Part shown: positions 54,013 to 61,266 of the stretch, piece after piece | Layout of the letters: each line of letters begins with the position of its first letter | Position numbering within the stretch: the stretch's first letter is position 1 | Origin: a virus | DNA length: 64,000 nucleotides | Virus record (IMG/VR): IMGVR_UViG_3300046007_007030 | Reading direction: 5' to 3' (one strand) | Made by a program: the position numbers and the translations under genes | The notes under the pieces: generated by a model | Databases searched by the model: none | What the model saw: the letters and a program-made list of their open reading frames with translations, nothing else | What the model was told of the DNA's origin: nothing

Positions 54013-55023
54013 TTACTTCTTCTCTTGGAGAGGCTTAGCATATTCACCCTTATCGATTCCACTCTTTATCTGGTCTTTGCTTAACTGGTCAGTCGAGAGC
54101 ACGCTACTCTTATTGCCAGCCTCGTTGAGCTGCACAGTAGAACCAGCGACGTACGTCGTAGCCTTAGAGCCGTAAGTAGCGCCGCTACCACCGATGACAC
54201 TGACCTGCCCCTTGGCCGACATGGAGTAGCTCTGACCGACAGTCGAGCTCTTATCTTGTGCTACGAACTCAGACAAGCCGCCCTCGGCCTCGATGAGGAT
54301 GTTACCCTTAGCCTTGATCTGCAAGTTGCCGTTGGTGGCTATGACTAGATTGCCTTCTGAGCCGAGAGTGTAGCTGCCGTCGACGGCCTCTTTCCTATCC
54401 TTGGCTGTGTAGGTGACGTAGTTGCCGTCTGCCTGCATCTCGGTGAAAGTTCCAGTAGGATGAACGCTGGCCTGGTAGGTCTCTCCACCGACGTCGTGGA
54501 GGATGTTTCTCATGCCAGACTCTGAGACGTTGACGTGAGTCTTTGGATATTTACCTTTGATCAGAGGAAAAGACGCAGGAGCGTCCTTCAGTATCAGCTT
54601 AGACATGTCTGTCTGAGGATCGTGCTTACCACCAGTGAGACCGTCTTTTAGACCACCGAGAGCCATCGAGGACTGACCGCCTGCAGAGGCGCCGACTATG
54701 TCCTTACCCGCATTGTTGTAGGGCATCGCACCCAGGACAGTCACGTCTTCGTGGTTGTCATGATTGACGAGTACCATGACGACGGCGTCTTTCGTCACAC
54801 TCAGACCACCCTGACCGCCTCCGCCTCCTTGATTAGGACCGACGCCCATCGCAGGTGACATGGTCTTGGCCAGTGGTAGCATGTTGGTGGGTGTCTGACC
54901 CTTGCTTCCGTGAATAGGAAGTCTGACCCTGATCCTGTTCAGCTGCTCCTTGTCGTCGTCTACTACCTCGACCGTACCGAACATGATCGAGGTCTCTTGA
55001 CCTTGTAGTTTGATGGAATCCAT
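54013..55023 (-). CDS. gp5: baseplate central spike (gp5-like: OB fold + short beta-helix, no lysozyme domain)
   Basis: GTVEVVDDDKEQLNRIRVR, KYPKTHVNVSESG, HPTGTFTEM..DG. Start re-placed at ATG 55023 (TAATG overlap). Confidence 0.75.
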   Translation of the reverse strand: MDSIKLQGQETSIMFGTVEVVDDDKEQLNRIRVRLPIHGSKGQTPTNMLPLAKTMSPAMGVGPNQGGGGGQGGLSVTKDAVVMVLVNHDNHEDVTVLGAMPYNNAGKDIVGASAGGQSSMALGGLKDGLTGGKHDPQTDMSKLILKDAPASFPLIKGKYPKTHVNVSESGMRNILHDVGGETYQASVHPTGTFTEMQADGNYVTYTAKDRKEAVDGSYTLGSEGNLVIATNGNLQIKAKGNILIEAEGGLSEFVAQDKSSTVGQSYSMSAKGQVSVIGGSGATYGSKATTYVAGSTVQLNEAGNKSSVLSTDQLSKDQIKSGIDKGEYAKPLQEKK

Positions 55024-56165
55024 TATGAGATCTTTCCTACGCAGTGCAAGATGGTCCTGCCCGTATGACCTGGCGTCTCGCCTCTGCCACCTATCTCCAC
55101 ACTGTGCATCAGTGAGACTACTAGCCACTTACCGGAGGCGGCGTTATCAGGATTAGCGTCGCTGAAGTATGTCGCTGATCCGCTCTTCACTTCTATGACG
55201 TCACCTGCGTGTATGTCGGTAGCTATCGGTACTAAGAGCTGTAGCTTAGCCGTGTACTTATTTAAGTTCTGCTGGTCCCTGTCTATATGACGCTTCTCTT
55301 TGTCCTGCTCTGGACTATTGACTACTGGGAAGCCGACTTTTGCCGCTTGCTTAGAGTCTACGCCGAGACCTGGAGTAGACAGACCTCTAGAAGCCGCGTC
55401 GTTATTGGCGAACTTACCGAACTGAGGATTGAATCTCTGACCCTGAGCCTCGGTCTGCTTCTGAGTAGAGACTGAGCTGCCCTCATAGTGAATGTCGAAG
55501 ATAGTAGAAGCATCTCCCAGCGATCCCATGTCCGCAGACCCGGCTCCCTTGTACACGAACTGCTTCTTAGGACCTTGCTTAGATAAGTCGTCTATAGTCT
55601 TGAAGTAGGCACTGCCGCCGTCTTTATGAGTCTGATAGTAGAAGCCTTTCGACTGCGCGCCACTAAGTCCTCCGGCTTTCTCTATAGCCTTCATAGGCAT
55701 AAGAGACGGAGAAGTGAAAGAAGCTTGCTTGAATCCAGGACTAATCTCCAGCTTCTTTTTAGAACCTACTTCTTCATGGATCTCTTTGATGGCCTTGTCA
55801 GTGTTGGTCTTGTCCCAAGCCTTGGTGACTCTCTTACTAATGAAACACTTGCCATAGTCTTCGTCTATACATACTATCGAACCAGTGAGTCCCTTGGCAG
55901 TCTTGTGCAGAGATGGCTTGGCGCTATGAACTACGTGGCTCGCCGTCAGCGATGGTCCATTCTGAGGTTGAATGTTAATCTGTACCTGATTACCGGCCAG
56001 CGCTTCTTGCATCTCGTACCTCGAGTCGCGAGCCACTTCTATGGAGGATCGAACAAAAGAACTGTTTATGTCCTCTGCTACTATGATTCGACTGGCTAGC
56101 TGGACGACGTCTCTGCCGTTGACCGTAGCAGTGACGTTCTTCAGGACGTCTACTGGTTCAGACAT
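55023..56165 (-). CDS. baseplate hub protein (gp27-like)
   Basis: Lies between gp53 and gp5; IHAGDVIEV...SGKWLVVSLMH C-terminal hub motif. Confidence 0.6.
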   Translation of the reverse strand: MSEPVDVLKNVTATVNGRDVVQLASRIIVAEDINSSFVRSSIEVARDSRYEMQEALAGNQVQINIQPQNGPSLTASHVVHSAKPSLHKTAKGLTGSIVCIDEDYGKCFISKRVTKAWDKTNTDKAIKEIHEEVGSKKKLEISPGFKQASFTSPSLMPMKAIEKAGGLSGAQSKGFYYQTHKDGGSAYFKTIDDLSKQGPKKQFVYKGAGSADMGSLGDASTIFDIHYEGSSVSTQKQTEAQGQRFNPQFGKFANNDAASRGLSTPGLGVDSKQAAKVGFPVVNSPEQDKEKRHIDRDQQNLNKYTAKLQLLVPIATDIHAGDVIEVKSGSATYFSDANPDNAASGKWLVVSLMHSVEIGGRGETPGHTGRTILHCVGKIS

Positions 56166-57411
56166 TCTTTACAATGGCCTCTAAGTTATTGTCTAGCGTG
56201 TTTATCGCTACTCTATCTAAGACGAAGATCTCTTTTCTCTTCTCATTTTGTAATACTTCATACTCGTAGGCATTCACTGGTTTCCAGTATACGAGCTCTT
56301 CATTGGTCAGTCTGCTGTTAGAGAGCAGCGCGTTGGCAGTGACGTTGGTGTCGAGTCTAGTATGAGTCAGTACCACCACGTTGGCGTCATTCTTTCTGCC
56401 GATCAGATAGTTACCGACGTCTTGATATGCGCCTGCCGTCGAGTAGGTGAAGAAGGCGTTAGGAGTTGCCAGAGTAGCGTTAGAAGAGAAGATGACGTCT
56501 GAGAAGTCTACCTTCTGTACAGTGATCTTGGCGTGAGCCGGATTCATGAAGCTGTAGGTGCTGTTGGCCGCCGGGGCGCCAGTAGGTGCCGCAGACAATC
56601 TCACGTGAGTACCACTCACTATTGCTTCTATGTATGTGTTGGCCGGTATGTTAGTGCCACTCACCTTAGCCTTAGGCAGCAACTGAGAAGCGCTCTTCAC
56701 GGTGATGGTCGAGTTGCCGTTGGTAAACGTCACGTCATAGAAAGTACTGTTAGTGTACTTGTACGGGATGGTGTTGGCGTCGGTCGTAGTGTCTACCGAG
56801 ATGACGGTGCTCTCCACCGCGATGTCATTGAGGTAGTTGTACTGATAGACTCGCTCTCCCACCTCGAACGATCCTACTAGGCTATTAACGGAAGAGTTAG
56901 AGATGACCGTGATCTGATCGATTCGATTGTTGTCGGCAGTCCAGTCGAGCTCTCGCCTGAAGTAGTTGATGATCTCACCATTGTATCCAGCCTGCGACTC
57001 CCAGTACTTCTTATTAGACAGTGGGAGAGCATTGTATTGATCCACGGATAAGAGAGTAGTGTCGCTGGCCCAGTCGACTTCATAGTACAAGATCTGATCC
57101 TGGGCTTCTTCTACGCTGCCGTAGGTGTCGATTACGTATTGATCCAGAGTCTGCGATGTCTTCGGCCACTCTGAGTAGGGGTCTAGGATGCCGTTGACGA
57201 GGTAGATGGCCCATGCGTAATAAGGATCTTCATAGTAGAAGGCCGATATGCTATCTGCTCTCTCACCCTCCTTTATCGTGTAAGGAAGAAGCGCCAATCC
57301 CGTCTCTTGTAGATACTGAGTGAGCTTGGCGCGTACGCTTATGTCTCTGACGACGTAGTCATTGTAAGAGATAGCCGGAAATTTCTGGAAATAGTTTCTA
57401 CTCGTAGCCAT
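56158..57411 (-). CDS. gp53: baseplate wedge protein with inserted domains
   Basis: YFQKFPAISY, YTIKEGERADSISAFYY, WAIYLVNGILDPYSEWP, AYEYEVLQNEKRKEI. Confidence 0.88.
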   Translation of the reverse strand: MATSRNYFQKFPAISYNDYVVRDISVRAKLTQYLQETGLALLPYTIKEGERADSISAFYYEDPYYAWAIYLVNGILDPYSEWPKTSQTLDQYVIDTYGSVEEAQDQILYYEVDWASDTTLLSVDQYNALPLSNKKYWESQAGYNGEIINYFRRELDWTADNNRIDQITVISNSSVNSLVGSFEVGERVYQYNYLNDIAVESTVISVDTTTDANTIPYKYTNSTFYDVTFTNGNSTITVKSASQLLPKAKVSGTNIPANTYIEAIVSGTHVRLSAAPTGAPAANSTYSFMNPAHAKITVQKVDFSDVIFSSNATLATPNAFFTYSTAGAYQDVGNYLIGRKNDANVVVLTHTRLDTNVTANALLSNSRLTNEELVYWKPVNAYEYEVLQNEKRKEIFVLDRVAINTLDNNLEAIVKNV

Positions 57412-57412
57412 G

Positions 57413-58546
57413 TTAGAAGTCCGTGCTTAGCCATGCCACAGTCTCTGTGATCTTCATGTCGATCTGGACTGATACTGGATACTTGTCTTTATGGAATGCT
57501 GGACCACTCTCAGTGGTGTAGTTGACGGAGAAGGACTCTACGTACGCTGGCTTAAAGATGTACATCTGATCTTGATTGTAGAGAATGATATTGATCAGAT
57601 GCGGGTACTTGAATGCTAATCCTCCGTAATCCGAAGTAGGGTATATCTTAGACTTGATGAAGCGTATGATGTTATAGAGTATCTCTGACTCTTCTTTGGT
57701 AGACGGCACTAACTTCCAGGAAAACGCATGAGACTTCAAGCTAGGTTGAACGAACTTGAGAGTCTGGTGAGTATTGACCGCGAATCCTGATAGAGCTAGA
57801 CCTGCTTCGCCGACTGCTGATACGGCATTAAAAATACCTCCGAGAGCATCTCCAAACCTACCAAGTTTTTGGACTACATCACTTGCGCCGGCTAATCCTC
57901 CGATTAAGCCACCCAGAGCTTCTTTACCTTTCTCAGTTAGACTGAGAGGCTGATAGACGAGAGCGTTGACATCGGTTAGATTCATAGGAACTGGTAAGAA
58001 TACGTCTCCGGATCCTTTCCTACTGTAGCTACCCAATTGAATAGATGAGATAGTATCGAAGCTGGCGTATTCAAACTGCATGGCCATCCAGTACTTGCCG
58101 ATGTCTCGTGGGAACTGAAGTGATCCACTGCCGGCCTGATTCCTAGCCCTGACTTCTTCCACGCCTGGTCTCTGACTAGTCAACCTGCTAAAACTGCTGG
58201 CTTGACCGACCGCACTCAAGAAAGAGTCCGCCTGTCTATAAGCAGACGCAGCCGAGCCGGCTATCGCAGAGATAGAAGATCCAGCTAGTCCAGTAGCGCC
58301 TAGCGCACTGGTGAACGCCTGGACTGGAGAACCACTAGCGAAGCCTTGAACCAAGCTGGAAGCCTGATCGAATCCTTTTAGGGCGCTTTGAATGGTGCCA
58401 GAGAGCTGACCAAAGGCTCCTGGATTGAAGCCCTGGATGTTGGAGAGGGTCTGGACGACCGAGCTGATCTGTCCGAGGGGAATCATCGCCCCGACTTTTG
58501 AAGTGATCTGACTAGCCGTAGCGAGAGCATTAGCCGATGTGGCCAT
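57413..58546 (-). CDS. baseplate tail-tube cap (gp48-like)
   Basis: VFLPVP, FVQPSLKSHAFSWKLVPSTKEES, SFSVNYT, MKITET; low-complexity N-terminal extension. Confidence 0.7.
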   Translation of the reverse strand: MATSANALATASQITSKVGAMIPLGQISSVVQTLSNIQGFNPGAFGQLSGTIQSALKGFDQASSLVQGFASGSPVQAFTSALGATGLAGSSISAIAGSAASAYRQADSFLSAVGQASSFSRLTSQRPGVEEVRARNQAGSGSLQFPRDIGKYWMAMQFEYASFDTISSIQLGSYSRKGSGDVFLPVPMNLTDVNALVYQPLSLTEKGKEALGGLIGGLAGASDVVQKLGRFGDALGGIFNAVSAVGEAGLALSGFAVNTHQTLKFVQPSLKSHAFSWKLVPSTKEESEILYNIIRFIKSKIYPTSDYGGLAFKYPHLINIILYNQDQMYIFKPAYVESFSVNYTTESGPAFHKDKYPVSVQIDMKITETVAWLSTDF

Positions 58547-58567
58547 AGAATTCTTTCCTTAGATATG

Positions 58568-58584
58568 CATAAATAGTATTTATC
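58568..58584. promoter_or_regulatory. two opposed late-promoter-like boxes at the strand switch
   Basis: cATAAATA-g-TATTTATc: CATAAATA on plus, GATAAATA on minus. Confidence 0.65.
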
Positions 58585-59016
58585 ATGAGCTCTAAAGGCC
58601 GATTCAAGCCCAAGAATCCAGAAAAGTACAAAGGAGACCCGACCAACATCATCTATAGGTCTGGTTGGGAGCTCAAACTCATGGGCTATTTAGACGTTCA
58701 CGGAGAAGTAGTCCAGTGGGCCTCAGAGGAGTTCTGTATTCCATATAGGTCTCCTGTAGATAATAGAATACACCGGTACTTTCCTGACTTCTGGGTAAAG
58801 AAGACGGACGGATCCATCTTAGTCATAGAAGTGAAGCCGGCCGTCCAAGCCGAACCGCCGAAGCAACCGAGTAGGATGACTCGAAGGTACGTGAACGAAG
58901 TCTTTGAGTATGGCAAGAATCAGGCCAAATGGAAGGCCGCGCGCGAGTTCTGTGAAGATCGCGGCTGGCTATTTATGGTAATGACAGAACGAGAACTCGG
59001 CATCAAGAGGATCTAA
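58585..59016 (+). CDS. gp4: head completion protein
   Basis: GRFKPKNPEKYKGDPTNIIYRSGWE, HRYFPDF, IEVKP, NQAKWKAA. Confidence 0.93.
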   Translation: MSSKGRFKPKNPEKYKGDPTNIIYRSGWELKLMGYLDVHGEVVQWASEEFCIPYRSPVDNRIHRYFPDFWVKKTDGSILVIEVKPAVQAEPPKQPSRMTRRYVNEVFEYGKNQAKWKAAREFCEDRGWLFMVMTERELGIKRI

Positions 59017-59612
59017 TGGCAAACATATTCGATAAGATACTCGAGATCTCGCCCATAGAGGCGGGAAAAAAGTCGAAGTCGGCTCTGGAGTGGTTTCGTC
59101 AAAAAGCTAGCGGCAGTAAGATCAGCCCGAACACTCTGCTGACTGCAGGCGACTACAGACAGAACTTCGTACCATCGCCTCTTCCAGGCAGCATGTTCCT
59201 CTTTCAATACGACGCGAAGCACAAGGAGACGTTGCCTTACTGGGACATGTATCCTCTGATATTCCCCATACAGATGGACGCTACCGGATTCTTGGGCATC
59301 AATCTACACTACCTCCCACCGACTCTCAGAGCCAGTCTTTTCAGTAGCCTAGTCGGCTTCGGGTCTAAGAATGAGTTCGAAGACTTGAAGTTGTCTTACT
59401 CGATATTGACTAAATACTCTAGACTCAGTTACTTCAAGCCGTGCTTGAAGAGATACTTGTTTAGCCACGTCAAGTCGCCGTTCCTCTACATAGAACCAGA
59501 CGAGTGGCCGATAGCCATATTCTTGCCGCTGCAGAGATTCCAGGGAGCTGGCTCTGGTAAAGTATACGCCGACTCGAGAAAGATCATCGGAACAAAGAGA
59601 AAGTACAAGTAA
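59016..59612 (+). CDS. gp2: DNA end protector protein
   Basis: YDAKHKETLPYWDMYPLIF, GFLGINLHYLPP, CLKRYLFSHV. Confidence 0.92.
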   Translation: MANIFDKILEISPIEAGKKSKSALEWFRQKASGSKISPNTLLTAGDYRQNFVPSPLPGSMFLFQYDAKHKETLPYWDMYPLIFPIQMDATGFLGINLHYLPPTLRASLFSSLVGFGSKNEFEDLKLSYSILTKYSRLSYFKPCLKRYLFSHVKSPFLYIEPDEWPIAIFLPLQRFQGAGSGKVYADSRKIIGTKRKYK

Positions 59613-60364
59613 TGCCAGCCATCGGAAAAGGGTTTGACATAGACGAGTTTAGAGCTCTCATGGCCCGAAAGGGCATAGCCCGAAACAACCTATACAAACT
59701 GATCATCACTCCGCCGCCGGGTCTACTGAGCGCAGCTCGCGCCTTGAATATGCCGACGAGTGGAGAAGACCTAGAAGACATCACACTCTACTGCGACAGC
59801 GTCACCATGCCAGGCATATCTCTAGCGACAGTGGACTCTCGTCCATACGGATACGGACCTTCTGAGCTCAAGGCATACGCGCCGATATATCAGCCACTAG
59901 GCGCGACCTTCATAGTGGACGCCAAAGGATACACGCTCTCGTTCTTTCGCAACTGGATGAGAGGCATAGTGAACTATACTACTGAAGGTAGAGCAGTGTG
60001 GCGTTCCGCAGTAAACGAAGTCATGGCTTTTGAGGCCGGCTACAAGGCAGATTACGAGACTACCATGACTCTGTACGTAGTGGCTGGTCAGACTACTTCG
60101 TCATCTACTAACGAGTTGCAACTAGACATCGTCAATAAGACCGTCATCAATAGAGCTTTCCCCATAGAGATAGGTTCAGTGCAGCTCAGTTACAGCTACA
60201 ACGACCAGTACCTGTCGCTACCAGTGAGTTTCAGCTACTTCGATTGGTACAGCGACGTGCTAGATCAGTCTGGCTACCAGACCGGCACGCAACAAGCCGC
60301 CGGATCTTCTGGAGGCGCAATCAATACGCCGTTCAACTACAACGCGGCCCAAAATAGACGTTAA
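59612..60364 (+). CDS. tail tube initiator (gp54-like / gp19 paralogue)
   Basis: GIARNNLY, CDSVTMPG, AFPIEIGSVQLSY, LPVSFSYFDW. Confidence 0.7.
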   Translation: MPAIGKGFDIDEFRALMARKGIARNNLYKLIITPPPGLLSAARALNMPTSGEDLEDITLYCDSVTMPGISLATVDSRPYGYGPSELKAYAPIYQPLGATFIVDAKGYTLSFFRNWMRGIVNYTTEGRAVWRSAVNEVMAFEAGYKADYETTMTLYVVAGQTTSSSTNELQLDIVNKTVINRAFPIEIGSVQLSYSYNDQYLSLPVSFSYFDWYSDVLDQSGYQTGTQQAAGSSGGAINTPFNYNAAQNRR

Positions 60365-60379
60365 CATGGAGACTTAATT

Positions 60380-61090
60380 ATGCCACTTCCGAAACTACAG
60401 TATCCAATCTTTGAGTTGGAAGTACCATCGACGCAGAAGACCTATAAGTTCAGGCCTTTCTTAGTATCCGAGGAGAAGATCCTCCTCATGGCACAGCAGA
60501 GCGGAGACCTCAAAGAAATCATATTGGCTCTGAAGCAGGTCATCGCTAATTGCTGCCAGGATAAAGAATTCGAAGCCGATAAGATCGCAACATTCGACAT
60601 CGAGTACTTGTTCCTCAAGCTCAGGTCCAGGTCAGTCAGCAACATGGCAAAGATCTACCTCACTGACAACGAGGATGGCAAAGAATACAGCTTCGACGTG
60701 GATCTCGAGAATGTCGGGATGAAGAAGAATCCATTACACACTCCTAAGATCTCGCTGAATGACACTGTGAGTGTGGTGCTGAGGTATCCGACCACTCAGA
60801 TGCTGGATGCAATAGCAGTGATGCAGGTAGAGACGAAGGCATTCTTCGAAGTCATGAAGTACTGCATCGAGTTCGTCATAGACGGCGACACTATCACTAA
60901 GTTCAGTGACGCTACTGACGCAGAGCAAGACGAGTTCGTGCAGAGCATCGACATCGCCGGCTTCACGAAGATCACTAACTTCTTCGAGACAATGCCGAAG
61001 ATGTACTACGAGATCGACTACAAGAACTCTCTCGGGCACGACAGAAAGGCAGTGCTCAAGAATCTAAACGATTTTTTTATATTGGGCTGA
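60380..61090 (+). CDS. gp26: baseplate hub assembly protein
   Basis: MPLPKL..P, FRPFLVSEEKILLMA, FDIEYLFLKLRSRSV, FFETMPK, terminal DFF. Confidence 0.88.
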   Translation: MPLPKLQYPIFELEVPSTQKTYKFRPFLVSEEKILLMAQQSGDLKEIILALKQVIANCCQDKEFEADKIATFDIEYLFLKLRSRSVSNMAKIYLTDNEDGKEYSFDVDLENVGMKKNPLHTPKISLNDTVSVVLRYPTTQMLDAIAVMQVETKAFFEVMKYCIEFVIDGDTITKFSDATDAEQDEFVQSIDIAGFTKITNFFETMPKMYYEIDYKNSLGHDRKAVLKNLNDFFILG

Positions 61091-61266
61091 GTCACAACAA
61101 CCTCAAGAACTACTACGAAGTAGTGTTTGGCTTGGCGCATCATCATAAGTACTCGATCTCCGACATCGAGGCCTTGATTCCTTTCGAGAGGGACGTATAC
61201 GTAGACTTAGCAGTCGCGTACAAGAAGCAAGTAGAAGAAGAGATGAGAACCAGGAATGGCGGATAA
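61072..61266 (+). CDS. gp51-like small ORF lacking a canonical start; probably the -1 frameshift extension of gp26
   Basis: Manual translation YIGLSHNNLKNYYEVVFGLAHHHKYSISDIEALIPFERDVYVDL...TAA 61266; not in the ORF track. Confidence 0.75.
   Translation, partial: FFYIGLSHNNLKNYYEVVFGLAHHHKYSISDIEALIPFERDVYVDLAVAYKKQVEEEMRTRNGG

Noticed and set aside
438-58500. Numerous plus-strand ORFs in the track, some over 200 aa
   Set aside because: They are antisense shadows of recognisable minus-strand genes, caused by codon bias and repeats; no independent motifs or start signals.
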